Positions 41,358-52,250 are shown, counted from the stretch's first letter. The stretch is 64,000 nt of DNA from Cyanobacteria bacterium P01_D01_bin.156 (GCA_039024555.1 JBCCQQ010000004.1:125419-189418); one strand, 5' to 3'. Numbers and translations: made by a program. Notes: generated from the sequence alone by a model not told the origin.

Positions 41358-42536
41358 ATGATTGCTGCTTGGTTAAAATTTTTAGAGCGTTTTTTGGGCT
41401 TTGACCTACGTTCCATTGCATTGCTCCGTTTGGGGTTAGCATTTTTGCTGTTGGTGGAGCTATTCAGCCACTGGGGAAATGCACGCCCCATATCCCAAGC
41501 GTTGTCGAATACAGGGTGGAACTCGTGGTCGTTGCATGGATTGAGTAACGGTGGCGTGTGGCAGTTGGGATGTTTTGCGATCGCAACTCTAGCCACCCTA
41601 TTGATGTTGATTGGGTATCGTACCCGCTGGGCCACCATCACTTCCTGGGTATTGCTCATCTCATTGCACAATTACCATTCCGAGGCAACCAGCCAGGCAG
41701 ATACTATGCTGCAGGCAATTTTATTCTGGGCACTGTTTTTACCTCTAGGCAGTCGCTACTCGGTCGATCAAGCCCTCAACACATCCCCCCGACCTCAGCC
41801 GCAGAAACTTTTAACCGGTGCCAACCTGGGCATAGTCCTGCAATTAGGCCTGATGGTAATGGCCTTGAGCCAAGCAGGGAGTCTGCACAGTTGGATAATT
41901 CTGGGAGTAACCAGTTTGGTCTTGATTCCATCATTTGTGTGGAATCACTGGACAGCCACCGCATTTACCCCCAAACAGCTGGGACTTAAAATCTACTACG
42001 ACGCCGACTGTGGCTTTTGTAAAAAGGTTGTACATCTACTACGGACATTTTTAGTCCTGCCCCGCCGCGTTCCCCTACAAACGGCTCAGAGCGATCCAGT
42101 CATCCACACCGCCATGGAAACCCATAACTCCTGGGTCATTGTCGATTGGCGAGGACAGCACCACTACAAATGGCAGGGCATCGCCTATGTAGTCAGCCTA
42201 TCGCCCATTGTGTGGCCGCTAGCTTCACTATTAAGGTGGTCGCCCCTAATGACGGTAGGCACACGATTCTATGAAACCATTGCTAACAACCGTCGGTTTG
42301 CAGGCAACTTTACCAAGCCCTTCAAATTTCAAACGTTTTCAATACAGTCCTCGGGGAGTCTAAATCTCATCGCTCTGGTAATTGTGATACTGACAGTGGG
42401 TGCCTACGCCCACCATGTCACGGGCCACACCGGAGCTGGTCAGCACCCTGTAATAGCCCTCATCCACTGGGCAACAACACCCACCCAATGGCTCAGCCCG
42501 CTTCTACAGCCTGTGTGGATCGGGTTGGAAACATAG
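41358..42536 (+). CDS. HTTM-like membrane domain fused to DCC1-like thiol-disulfide domain
   Basis: DLRSIALLRLGL, LFLPLGSRYSVD, YYDADCGFC, FYETIANNR. Confidence 0.8.
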   Translation: MIAAWLKFLERFLGFDLRSIALLRLGLAFLLLVELFSHWGNARPISQALSNTGWNSWSLHGLSNGGVWQLGCFAIATLATLLMLIGYRTRWATITSWVLLISLHNYHSEATSQADTMLQAILFWALFLPLGSRYSVDQALNTSPRPQPQKLLTGANLGIVLQLGLMVMALSQAGSLHSWIILGVTSLVLIPSFVWNHWTATAFTPKQLGLKIYYDADCGFCKKVVHLLRTFLVLPRRVPLQTAQSDPVIHTAMETHNSWVIVDWRGQHHYKWQGIAYVVSLSPIVWPLASLLRWSPLMTVGTRFYETIANNRRFAGNFTKPFKFQTFSIQSSGSLNLIALVIVILTVGAYAHHVTGHTGAGQHPVIALIHWATTPTQWLSPLLQPVWIGLET

Positions 42537-42541
42537 ATTAA

Positions 42542-42638
42542 GGGCTTGTTAAAAATTAGAATCATGACCTTGGGCATTTAAACCATGGCTTAACAAGCTT
42601 TTCAGGCTTAAACCGTGAAGTAGTTTCTTAACGGCTCC
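42542..42638 (+). mobile_element. 97-bp MITE, copy 2
   Basis: TAA|GGGCTTGTTAAAAA...TTCTTAACGGCTCC|TAA; matches 28612-28708 in reverse. Confidence 0.85.
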
Positions 42639-42693
42639 TAATGTAGGGACTTGGTACTATAATTCTGGCCTTCTGTGAGCACCTACGATTCCC

Positions 42694-43986
42694 ATGCAGC
42701 TTCGGGCATTTTTTCGCAACGCGGGGCAGTGGCTGTTTAAGTCACCAAACCAATCACTGGAGCAAGCCTACGAAAGCGCGTTGGCCATCAAAAAAATCGA
42801 GGACGACTATTTTCAGGGACAGCCCATCACCCAAAATAATGGCAAATATGGTGACAGTGCCTATCGCTATATTCAGAGCGAAGTAGAGCGAAGTATTGCT
42901 CTGATTCAGCAATGTATGGCTACATTTGAAGCTACCCGAGCCAGCCTGTCACCAAGTCAACAGATGGAGGTGCAGTTTTACGACGATCAACAGGATGAAT
43001 ACACCTTAGACCTGATTGACCAGTCAGCGATTATTTTCAAAAAACTGCGGTTTATTGATGAGATTTTAGACCGCTACAAAGGGATCTCCAGCCAAATTCA
43101 AGGATTAACACCTGCAGAGACTTCAAAAACACCTCAGTCTGTTGCAGACAGCGGACCTAGTAAGACTGACAAAAATCGAGCCGGACTAGCGGCTCGAGGC
43201 GGCGTTTTGCCTCGGTCAATTTTGCGTACGGTGGACCGAGTCAAACAGGATCTCGATCCCAAAGCAGAAGCCGATGTCATGCGTAATTTTCGCAAGTCCC
43301 AAGGCAAAACGAAATTGGCCCTGCGGTTTGTGTTGCTGTTAGTCATCGTCCCGTTGCTTACACAGCAGTTAACCAAACATTTTGTCGTGGGTCCAATCGT
43401 GGACTATGCACGCCAAACTAGCCAGGCCGAAGTCTTTCTAAATGACGAAATGGAGGAAGAAGCCCTTCACGAACTGCAACAATTTGAAGAGCGGCTGCGC
43501 TTCGAGGTGATTTTAGGCAAAGTTACAGCCCTAAGCGAAGATGAACTCGAAGAACGAGTATTGGATAAAGCCTTAGATATCGAAGAAGACTATCGAGAGC
43601 GCAGCGCCGATTCAGTCAAAAATGTCTTTGCCGATATTTTTGCCGTCATGGCCTTTTCCCTGCTGCTGAATATCTGTAAGCGACAGGTGGCCACTCTTAA
43701 AGCATTTATTGATGAAATTGTCTATGGTCTGAGCGATAGCGCCAAAGCCTTTATCATAATTCTCTTTACCGACATGTTTGTGGGCTTTCACTCGCCCCAT
43801 GGATGGGAAGTACTTCTGGAAGGTCTATCGCGACATTTAGGCTTTCCAGCAAACCGTGAGTTTATCTTTCTCTTTATTGCCACCTTCCCAGTAATTTTAG
43901 ACACAGTCTTTAAATACTGGATTTTCCGCTATCTGAATCGAATTTCCCCCTCTGCGGTGGCAACTTATAAAAATATGAACGAATAG
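42694..43986 (+). CDS. pxcA: Proton extrusion protein PxcA (CemA family)
   Basis: LSDSAKAFIIILFTDMFVGFHSPHGWE, DTVFKYWIFRYLNRISPS. Confidence 0.96.
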   Translation: MQLRAFFRNAGQWLFKSPNQSLEQAYESALAIKKIEDDYFQGQPITQNNGKYGDSAYRYIQSEVERSIALIQQCMATFEATRASLSPSQQMEVQFYDDQQDEYTLDLIDQSAIIFKKLRFIDEILDRYKGISSQIQGLTPAETSKTPQSVADSGPSKTDKNRAGLAARGGVLPRSILRTVDRVKQDLDPKAEADVMRNFRKSQGKTKLALRFVLLLVIVPLLTQQLTKHFVVGPIVDYARQTSQAEVFLNDEMEEEALHELQQFEERLRFEVILGKVTALSEDELEERVLDKALDIEEDYRERSADSVKNVFADIFAVMAFSLLLNICKRQVATLKAFIDEIVYGLSDSAKAFIIILFTDMFVGFHSPHGWEVLLEGLSRHLGFPANREFIFLFIATFPVILDTVFKYWIFRYLNRISPSAVATYKNMNE

Positions 43987-43995
43987 GTGAATGCG

Positions 43996-44061
43996 GAGTT
44001 CGGAATTTGTTGCTCTAACAGTTTCTAATTTCCGACCTCCAAATTCCGACTTCCAAATTCC
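43996..44061. repeat. Short tandem/inverted repeat element, copy 2
   Basis: GAGTTCGGAATTTG ... TAATTTCCGACCTC-CAAATTCCGACTTC-CAAATTCC. Confidence 0.7.
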
Positions 44062-44225
44062 TGCATCGCTAAGATTTTCCAGCCAACGTTGCTGTCCTCT
44101 ACCAAAGGTTTATAAGAAAAGTTGCCATAAAGGGTTGCATCCGTAGGAAAAGCTACTAAACTTTCCAATTAGCCCCAGTGAATTTCAGCCCAGGGATACG
44201 CAGTCATCTGTGAAGGAGCCTATCT

Positions 44226-46361
44226 ATGAGCACACCCAATGAGCCTGCCGCTCCTCTAGGAGCCCGTTACAACATCCTGCAGGAAATTGGAGAAGGTGGA
44301 TTTGGTCGAACCTATCTGGCTGAGGATCTACATCGATATAAAGAACGCTGCGTCCTCAAAGAATTTGTTCCTCAGATTGAAGATCCTACACTGCTGGCTA
44401 AAGCAGAAGAACTATTTGAGCGCGAAGCTAAGGTTCTATATAAGCTAGAGCATTCTCAAATTCCGAAGTTTCGCGAGCTCATGCGCGAGGGAGGAAAACT
44501 CTTTCTAGTGCAAGACTACGTAGAAGGTACAACCTATCGTAGTTTGTTACAGGAACGTCAGGGCGGTCATTTTAGTGAGACCGAAATCACACAGCTGTTA
44601 TATCAATTACTGCCGGTACTGGAGTATATCCATGGCCTTGAACTGATTCATCGAGATATCTCCCCTGAGAACCTGATTCTCAGAACCAAGGATGGAAAAC
44701 CTGTCCTCATTGATTTTGGTAGCGTTAAACAGATTGCGACCACCGTTGAGCAAGCACTCTCCACCAATGGTAATCCCACTCGCATTGGCAAAGCGGGCTA
44801 TGTGCCCCAGGAGCAGTTTCATTCGGGCATGGTAGATGCCACTAGCGATCTCTATGGTCTGGCAGCCACTTTAGTGGTGCTGGCAACGGGAAAAGAGCCG
44901 TCAGAGCTTCAGGACATTTATGACAATTCGTGGAGCTGGGAGAAGTTTGTCTCATTAGGTGAACCGTTAAACGGGGTCTTAAAAAAGATGTTGGCTCCGG
45001 CATCTGCTCAGCGCTATGGTTCTGCGGCAGAAGTCCTGCAAGCCCTTCAGAGAAATGCTCCTGCCCCAGCAACCGCAAACAACGTAGTGCAGCTATATCC
45101 TGAGAAGACCGATGTAGAAGACAAGTATTCAACAAGCGTCGGCACCCAGGTTGTGGCCCCAGAAGCCGTTCCTACAGAATCTACTTCCGGGGCCACAACT
45201 TCCAGCAGCCCGACCAAGCAAACCAATGATCGCTCTGGTTTAGAAGCCATCATAGGTTTGCTGGCCTTACTGGGTGTGGTGGGTTTACTGCTAGGACTGC
45301 TGGGGCTTTTTGGAATACGTCCCCGGTGGCCCTTTGGCAACAGCAGCCCCGTAACCTCCGATGTGCAGCAACCCCAAGAAGGTCTGGGATCGGATGAATT
45401 AGCCCGCAAGGAAGAGCTATTGCAGCGTCGTCAAACCTTGGGAATCAACGACGCTTGGTTAAATCAGTGGGTAAATCAACAGTTTTATAGTCAGTACCCT
45501 AATTTGCAGGGGAGACCCCTAACAACAGCTGTGGAAGATACTCCTCTGCGTTTACGCTGGGATAATCTAGCGATGGAAGCGTTGGATACGTTGGAACTGC
45601 ATCTGAGTATGCCGGCTCGTCGAGGATTAGGAGCTTATGGTGCAGATGATCGAGACAGCTGGCGTAAATTAGTCAATGACCTTAACGTCAGCAGTCGCGC
45701 TCTAGACGATCTAGCAGATGCTAAATTTGCTGCGATTTTTCCTGGTCAACAGCGAGACAAGATCTTAGACCAACCGCTGGGACAGATATGGTACGGTCTT
45801 GCCCAGGACAGTGTAAAGGATCTACAAGCTGGCCGAGTGCTAGAGCGTGTGGAATTTGATCAGGGGGCCTTTCGCACCCAGCGTACGGGCCAGCTGGATA
45901 TCGGTGGCGGTCGGGTATTTGTTCTCCAGCTACAGGCAGGGCAAAACTTACGGATTAATTTGCAGGCCCCTCAGGACAGCGTGAGCATGTCTCTATATGT
46001 ACCAACACCGAATCAAGAGCTGCCCTTCTTACTATCGGATTCGGCAGAAACGACTTGGGCTGGCCGGTTAGAGCAAAGTGGTTATTACGAAATTGCGATC
46101 GCATCCCAAGCCTCTAACCCCGTTAACTATGCTTTGCAGATAGCTGTGGACAACATCAGCAACACTCCTACCGAAGACTCCACGTCCCCAGATGGGGAAG
46201 ACTCTACACCCCCCGTAGATAATGCACCTGAATCAGAGATTCCTGACGACGCAAATGCATCTGAAGGCGGCACAACGGAAGACATAACAGATAATAGCTC
46301 TGGTGAGACCGATGCTGGAGGGACTGACGCTGGAACAGACGGCAACGCCGTGAGTTTTTAA
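44226..46361 (+). CDS. Membrane Ser/Thr protein kinase with C-terminal PPC-like domain and acidic tail
   Basis: GEGGFG, CVLKEF, HRDISPEN, DFG, SDLYGL; TM segment; Asp/Glu/Thr-rich tail. Confidence 0.93.
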   Translation: MSTPNEPAAPLGARYNILQEIGEGGFGRTYLAEDLHRYKERCVLKEFVPQIEDPTLLAKAEELFEREAKVLYKLEHSQIPKFRELMREGGKLFLVQDYVEGTTYRSLLQERQGGHFSETEITQLLYQLLPVLEYIHGLELIHRDISPENLILRTKDGKPVLIDFGSVKQIATTVEQALSTNGNPTRIGKAGYVPQEQFHSGMVDATSDLYGLAATLVVLATGKEPSELQDIYDNSWSWEKFVSLGEPLNGVLKKMLAPASAQRYGSAAEVLQALQRNAPAPATANNVVQLYPEKTDVEDKYSTSVGTQVVAPEAVPTESTSGATTSSSPTKQTNDRSGLEAIIGLLALLGVVGLLLGLLGLFGIRPRWPFGNSSPVTSDVQQPQEGLGSDELARKEELLQRRQTLGINDAWLNQWVNQQFYSQYPNLQGRPLTTAVEDTPLRLRWDNLAMEALDTLELHLSMPARRGLGAYGADDRDSWRKLVNDLNVSSRALDDLADAKFAAIFPGQQRDKILDQPLGQIWYGLAQDSVKDLQAGRVLERVEFDQGAFRTQRTGQLDIGGGRVFVLQLQAGQNLRINLQAPQDSVSMSLYVPTPNQELPFLLSDSAETTWAGRLEQSGYYEIAIASQASNPVNYALQIAVDNISNTPTEDSTSPDGEDSTPPVDNAPESEIPDDANASEGGTTEDITDNSSGETDAGGTDAGTDGNAVSF

Positions 46362-47251
46362 CCTGCCAGACTGTTTAAAAAGGGCTGTAGGACCTGAATA
46401 AATTCTGCCGTAGATTCGTAGGGCAGTACGTTGCGCCCTGGAGTAAATACTCCCGTGGCATTGGGAAAGTGACTGGTGTAGTCCTTGACCCGCTCCTCTG
46501 CGGTGGTGTTCTGGGCAGTGCGGTCAATGGTGGAGGCGGTTTTACCCATGATCACCAAAATGGGCTGTTGAATGGATGCGATCGCATCACCATAGTCCTG
46601 TCGCCAAAACCCAGCCAAAAAGGAAAACACCGCATAGCGCGTGGCCATCTCCCGTGAGCCCTGGTTTAGCATAGCTAGCCAGTCATCCGTTACATCTGCT
46701 GCCTGGTCAAACAGCTGACGCTCAGAAAATGATTTAAGAAATTTTTGCGTTCGAGCATATTGATAAAAGCCCCAACCCAACGGGGAGGCAAACAGCGACC
46801 AGTTCACCTGCTGCCGCCATTTAGGGGTGGGCTGGGTAATTAGCCGCCAGGCCGGTGGACCAGATAGGGCCGCACCTACCACCCACTGGGTCATGGTTTT
46901 ATCCGCCATCAGCTCTAAGGCAACGGGTAGTAACGCTCCTTGGACCACCACGATTACTGGCTTCTGAATTACCTCACTAATAAAGTAGTACAGCTGCTCA
47001 GCCCAGTCACGGGGACTATAGGGCCGTCGGGGTAAGTCACCATCACCACATCCTAAAAGGTCAGGTATACATAGCGGTTGCCCCTGCCACTGGGCTATAA
47101 ACGGGTTCCAAAAGTGTCGGCCCAGCCCCACGCCAATGGGATGAACCAACAGTAATGGAATTCCAATACTTTCAGCGTTATGCACACCATAGGTACAGGT
47201 GTAATCTTGCCAGCGGTAGCTACCCATGGATACGTCCGATAGAATTGGCAC
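46358..47251 (-). CDS. Alpha/beta fold hydrolase
   Basis: LLLVHPIGVG, PDLLGCG, VVVQGA, GRNVLPYE. Confidence 0.88.
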   Translation of the reverse strand: MPILSDVSMGSYRWQDYTCTYGVHNAESIGIPLLLVHPIGVGLGRHFWNPFIAQWQGQPLCIPDLLGCGDGDLPRRPYSPRDWAEQLYYFISEVIQKPVIVVVQGALLPVALELMADKTMTQWVVGAALSGPPAWRLITQPTPKWRQQVNWSLFASPLGWGFYQYARTQKFLKSFSERQLFDQAADVTDDWLAMLNQGSREMATRYAVFSFLAGFWRQDYGDAIASIQQPILVIMGKTASTIDRTAQNTTAEERVKDYTSHFPNATGVFTPGRNVLPYESTAEFIQVLQPFLNSLAG

Positions 47252-47393
47252 CTAAACCACGTCCAAGTTGAAACCTTTAGCTTTCCCACGGGAAAAACGA
47301 CCGTTCTGGACGTGGCAAAATTTTATTATCCTGCACCATGGAGCTGAGACGGCAATAATAAAAGACAATGGCAAACATGGGAGCCATAGCCAA

Positions 47394-47999
47394 ATGCCAA
47401 AATTACTCGACAAGAATGCCAACTATACGTTCCGCTCCTATTTTGAGCTAGCTAACGACACCGATGAGATTTTGGCAGAATTTGACTATCAATATCGTCA
47501 AGCTCGGTTAAATTTGCCACAAACCGATAAATCATTAACAGGGCTCGACCAGCTTAAAACTCAACTCGAAGAAACCCTACCCTACGTACAGCTGACCAGC
47601 GAAAGTGCCAAACGAGAGGTGTTGGTTGCCCCGGTGCTGACTCGCGTGGCTACGCTCAGTCATCAGACGTTACGGTTTGAGTATCCTCTCAAGGTCAACA
47701 ACTGGTTACAGGGGAGTTTGGATTACCTAATCCGTGCTCAAAATCAAGTTGTTGTAGTTGAAGCCAAGCGTGACGACTTAACCCGAGGATTTACCCAACT
47801 AGCCGTAGAAATGATTGCTCTGTCTATGGTGGAGAGTGCACCTGACCGTATTCATGGCATTGTCACCATGGGCAACTTTTGGATTTTTGGATTGCTAGAT
47901 CGCCTTGAAAAAACAATCACCCAGGATATTGGGGGCTATCGAGTCCCCGATGACGTTGAAGCCCTAGTGCGGGTACTCATCAATATTTTGGAAAACTAG
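47394..47999 (+). CDS. PD-(D/E)XK-like (HsdR N-terminal-like) conserved protein
   Basis: SESAKREVLVAPVL, GSLDYL...VVVEAKRDD, GIVTMGNFWIFG; start set at ATG 47394. Confidence 0.7.
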   Translation: MPKLLDKNANYTFRSYFELANDTDEILAEFDYQYRQARLNLPQTDKSLTGLDQLKTQLEETLPYVQLTSESAKREVLVAPVLTRVATLSHQTLRFEYPLKVNNWLQGSLDYLIRAQNQVVVVEAKRDDLTRGFTQLAVEMIALSMVESAPDRIHGIVTMGNFWIFGLLDRLEKTITQDIGGYRVPDDVEALVRVLINILEN

Positions 48000-48017
48000 C
48001 CCCTTACGTGGCAGAAC

Positions 48018-48860
48018 TTAATAATTCATCACCAGTAATTCATCCACTTGGCCACGCTTTGCTGCATTAGAATTAATCGCTCGCTTCGCCTTTACTCTGA
48101 CGCAGAGATAGTCACTGTATAGGTCTTGAATAAACTCAGTGCAGGCATTGCTCAACATTACCTTGCACCCGCGCTCCGTCAGCTCATCCATGACCTGTTT
48201 TAGTCGTCGTTGCTCATCACGATTAAAGCCATGGCTGTCATAGGCCGTAAACGACGCTGTACTCGACACCGGATCGTAGGGTGGGTCAAAATACACAAAA
48301 TCCTCTAGCCCCGCATCCGCCACCGTCACCGCAAAGTCCGCCTGCAGGATCCTCACACTCCCTTGGTTTAGATACCGGCTGACTGACCGCAACCCCTGTT
48401 CATCGGCGATCGTAGGATTTTTATATCGGCCAAACGGCGCATTAAACTGCCCCTTTAGATTCACTCGAAAGAGCCCGTTATAGCAGGTCTTATTTAAGAA
48501 GATGATGCGGGCCGCTCGCTGTACATTCGTTTTCGTTACAAACTCAACCTGTCGATCCCAGCTGCGCACTTCGTAAAAATACGACTTTTCATTACGATGC
48601 TGCCGAAGGGCCTCAATTAGATCCTCTACAGACTCCTTGACCACTTGATAACAGTTGATTAACTCTTGGTTGCGATCGCTAATAATGGCCTGGGGTGGCT
48701 GCAAGCTCCATAGCAATGCCCCACCCCCCACAAACGGCTCATAGTATCTGTAATAGTCAGCCGGAATATACTTGATCAGTTCAGGCACCAGCTGTCGTTT
48801 GCCCCCAGCCCATTTTAAGAATGGGCGCGGTGCTATCGGTCGGGAGGACAGTTGGACCAT
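48018..48860 (-). CDS. dam: Dam-family (D12 class) DNA adenine methyltransferase
   Basis: FLKWAGGK, YEPFVGGGA, FLNKTCYNGLFRVN, DPPY; GATC specificity inferred. Confidence 0.92.
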   Translation of the reverse strand: MVQLSSRPIAPRPFLKWAGGKRQLVPELIKYIPADYYRYYEPFVGGGALLWSLQPPQAIISDRNQELINCYQVVKESVEDLIEALRQHRNEKSYFYEVRSWDRQVEFVTKTNVQRAARIIFLNKTCYNGLFRVNLKGQFNAPFGRYKNPTIADEQGLRSVSRYLNQGSVRILQADFAVTVADAGLEDFVYFDPPYDPVSSTASFTAYDSHGFNRDEQRRLKQVMDELTERGCKVMLSNACTEFIQDLYSDYLCVRVKAKRAINSNAAKRGQVDELLVMNY

Positions 48861-49084
48861 AAACTCTTAAGGATTTCCCATCAGGAGAACCAAGCCCCTA
48901 CGGTAGGATGTATAGGGTTTACCAGCTTAAAAATCAAAAGGTTGTGTAATCTTTGGTCGTCGATGATTGAAAGGTTAGAACGATTTGCAAAGTAAGCTGT
49001 ACAGCAATATCTTGCAGATACGGTCATTACCAAAAATCAGCAACGCCGATATTTAATATCTAAAATTTGATGCAAGTTTAGACG

Positions 49085-49282
49085 ATGCAAGACTTTTTTT
49101 CCAATGTGTCGCGCTACCCGCGTTACTTTATTACCTTTACCCTGGGCGTACTCTACAGTGCCGTTAAGCCTCTACTGCCGTTATTTGAAAATCGTGTAAC
49201 GGCAATTGCTCTGGTTGGAGCCGTAGTCGCTGGCTTTTTGTTTTTAAGCTTTACCCTACGAGCAATGATGGGTTTGGCCTAA
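49085..49282 (+). CDS. ycf33: DUF751/Ycf33 family protein
   Basis: FFSNVSRYPRYFIT...FTLRAM; upstream of rbfA. Confidence 0.9.
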   Translation: MQDFFSNVSRYPRYFITFTLGVLYSAVKPLLPLFENRVTAIALVGAVVAGFLFLSFTLRAMMGLA

Positions 49283-49376
49283 TAGGGTGGGCATAGCGTG
49301 CCCTATGTGGGCATGTTTTAGCGTGTCTTAGGCACACAGCCAATCATTCCAAAAATTTACGAATTAGGAGAAGACG

Positions 49377-49796
49377 ATGGCAACGAGTCGTCGAGTAGCA
49401 AAGGTATCTGCATCGATTAAGCGTGAGATTAGTCAGATGCTGGTATCGGACATCAAAGATGATCGCGTGGGCGCTGGCATGGTCAGTGTCACCGCTGTCG
49501 ATGTATCTGGAGACTTACAGCACGCTAAGGTGTTTGTCAGTATTTACGGCACCGCAGAAGCTAAGGCAGAAACTATGGCAGGATTGTCCGCTGCCACAGC
49601 CTATGTGCGGGGTGAACTAGGTCGCCGTATGCGCCTAAGACGTACACCAGAAATTATCTTTAAAGAGGACGTTTCCTTTGAGCAAGGAACTCAGGTACTG
49701 AATTTGCTAAGCAAGCTAGAGCATGAGCGTAACGTTGATGAAAATGGAATTCCCGCTGTGATTCCAAGTGCAATTGAAGACGAAGAAGGTAGTTAA
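49377..49796 (+). CDS. rbfA: Ribosome-binding factor A
   Basis: [39 protein letters not shown]. Confidence 0.97.
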   Translation: MATSRRVAKVSASIKREISQMLVSDIKDDRVGAGMVSVTAVDVSGDLQHAKVFVSIYGTAEAKAETMAGLSAATAYVRGELGRRMRLRRTPEIIFKEDVSFEQGTQVLNLLSKLEHERNVDENGIPAVIPSAIEDEEGS

Positions 49797-49985
49797 GCTA
49801 CTCGAAAGCTTCTTATTTTTGAAAGCCCCTTATTAATAAACGTCAGGCTAGTCTAGTTAGCCATAGCTTTGGGGGCGTTGAGTTTTTCTTCTTCTCAGAC
49901 TTCTATGAAGCAATAATCTCCGAAGCTCTAGCTTTTTAGGCTCTGGATGGCCTTTGTTTCATAGCCTTTGCTAGAGGCTTCCAAA

Positions 49986-51629
49986 ATGCTCAAACCCATC
50001 TTGCCCGATCCAGAGAGTCTATCTCTGAATCAACTTGTAGCTCAGATGATCGTCGTCCGTACGACTGGGCACCTGTTCGATCACGAAATTGAATATCCTC
50101 AATGGGAAGCTACCCATGACCAGCTAGAAAACTACATCAGTAATCTTGGTGTAGGTGGGGTCATACTGCTTGGCGGGAGCAGTGCTGAAGTCGCTCTGCG
50201 CTGTCAGGCCCTTCAGGCCATGGCAGATATTCCTTTATTAATCGCAGCAGATATTGAAGAAGGCGTAGGCCAGCGCTTTAGCGGCGCTACCTGGTTTCCG
50301 CCACCCATGGCCCTAGGAGAAATTGCTGGCACAGATTTAGACCTGGCCAAGCAATATGCTCACCAGTTTGGTCAAGCAACTGCCCAGGAAGCCATGGCCA
50401 TCGGCCTCAACTGGGTGCTAGCTCCCGTGGTCGATGTCAACAACAATCCGGCAAATCCGGTGATTAATGTACGGGCATTTGGAGAAACCCCAGAGATTGT
50501 TACGGCGCTTACCCAGGCATTTATTCACGGAGCCCAGGAGTATCCAGTACTAACAGCCGCAAAACATTTTCCAGGCCATGGAGATACCTCCATCGATTCA
50601 CACTTGAGCTTGCCAGTCATTGACCACAACTTGGAAAGATTGGAAAAAGTGGAACTGGCACCATTTAAGGGAGCCATTGCCCCTGAAACTGGTAAACCGG
50701 TAGACAGTGTAGTAACTGCCCACATTTGCCTCAGTACTTTGGACCAAAAATATCCTGCCACGCTATCAAAGCCGATATTGACAGGGCTATTGCGTCAGGA
50801 AATGGGCTTTGAGGGACTGATTGTCACCGATGCACTAGTGATGGGGGCAATTACCAAAACCTATGGTCCCTATGAGGCGGCAGTACTTGCAGTGGAAGCG
50901 GGGGCGGATATTGTTCTGATGCCTGCTGATGTGGAGGGCTGTATTCAAGCGATTTGCGAAGCGGTGCGTGTAGGTCGCTTAGATGAGGGCCAAATTCGTA
51001 CATCGGTGGAGCGAATTTGGCGAGCCAAGCACAAGGTTTCGAGACCGTTGGGAACTGGACCATCCTGTCATAATTGGGAGCCTACGGAGCCAGTAACCCA
51101 GGTGCAGCAGCTGGCACAGCCAAAAACCCTAGAACTGGCACGAGATATTTTACGGGCAGCTAGTCGCCAAGGGGGAAATGGCTTTAAGCCAAAAGGCCAG
51201 GGGCAAAATGTGGTCTTGGTGGATGATATTTTGAGCGCTCGGCAGTTTTTGCCGAGGACGGCTCCAGCGATTACGGAACCGATGAGGTGGGGGTATGAGC
51301 TGACACTGTTGGATAGTCGTTCATCACAGCTACCAAAGGCAGGATTACCCACCTTGGTACAGATATTTGTTCGAGATAATCCGTTTCGCCGGGGTGAAGA
51401 TGTAGTACAGTTAGCCCGCAAGTGTTTGGAACAACTGCTAGCTGCAGAAGAGCTGCAGGCGGTGATTGTTTACGGAAGTTCTTATTTGTTGGAAAGGTTG
51501 TCGCTAAAGGATGATTTTCCTTGGGTGTTTAGCTATGGACAAATGCCTATGGCACAGACTTTAGCTTTAGAGACTCTCTTAGGTGAAACAGTGACTTTTG
51601 GTGCCATGGATCGGAGTTTTACAGATTAG
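49986..51629 (+). CDS. Glycoside hydrolase family 3 (NagZ-like beta-N-acetylglucosaminidase)
   Basis: AADIEEG, APVVDVNNNP, KHFPGHGDT..DSH, IVTDALVMGA. Confidence 0.92.
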   Translation: MLKPILPDPESLSLNQLVAQMIVVRTTGHLFDHEIEYPQWEATHDQLENYISNLGVGGVILLGGSSAEVALRCQALQAMADIPLLIAADIEEGVGQRFSGATWFPPPMALGEIAGTDLDLAKQYAHQFGQATAQEAMAIGLNWVLAPVVDVNNNPANPVINVRAFGETPEIVTALTQAFIHGAQEYPVLTAAKHFPGHGDTSIDSHLSLPVIDHNLERLEKVELAPFKGAIAPETGKPVDSVVTAHICLSTLDQKYPATLSKPILTGLLRQEMGFEGLIVTDALVMGAITKTYGPYEAAVLAVEAGADIVLMPADVEGCIQAICEAVRVGRLDEGQIRTSVERIWRAKHKVSRPLGTGPSCHNWEPTEPVTQVQQLAQPKTLELARDILRAASRQGGNGFKPKGQGQNVVLVDDILSARQFLPRTAPAITEPMRWGYELTLLDSRSSQLPKAGLPTLVQIFVRDNPFRRGEDVVQLARKCLEQLLAAEELQAVIVYGSSYLLERLSLKDDFPWVFSYGQMPMAQTLALETLLGETVTFGAMDRSFTD

Positions 51630-52193
51630 TCTCCAACGATAGAGAAAGGAAATAATGAGCTCGTTCCATTGGCTAGCTGCTTATAGCAACGCATAATCTA
51701 TCAGCGATACGCAATCCACTGAAATCGATGCTAGCAAAGCGGCTGACAGGTTATTAGAATGCGGCTGAAATTGTCAGTTTTTGAAGAGCTGAAGACAGCA
51801 TCGCTAGCCTGCATTATTCATTACTCTACGCAAAAAACACTTGAATCTTTTGCCCTGCAGGCAATTCCGACGATTTTACGTTTTCAACAGTGTGTTTTTA
51901 TACACGAAAACTGAAACAGGCTACTTAAAAGGGTTAGGACTTTAGCCCAAATCCTGGTGAATCGTCTAGGCTAGACGAATATGAAACAACGATACAAAAA
52001 GTTTTCCAGCAAGTTGTTTATGCAGCGACGGAAAGACGAACAAGCATTTTAGCCTTCGTTAAGGACTATGTACTACGTAGAGCATCCTTGGAATAGTCCT
52101 ATCTCAGAGGATTTCACGTTTTTTTAGCAATAATTCTTAGATCCGTACTTTAATTAGTGCTCACTCTCCGTAATTTTCGCTAGTATATCTTTG

Positions 52194-52250
52194 AAGGAAT
52201 CCTAGCAAAGAATCCAAATCGCAATCCAGAAAGGAGTCCAAAAAGATTCC
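52194..52250 (+). repeat. Five phased imperfect direct repeats (consensus AARGAATCC) upstream of the RHH gene
   Basis: aaggaatcc, aaagaatcc, cgcaatcc, aaggagtcc, aaagattcc; period 11-13 nt. Confidence 0.55.
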
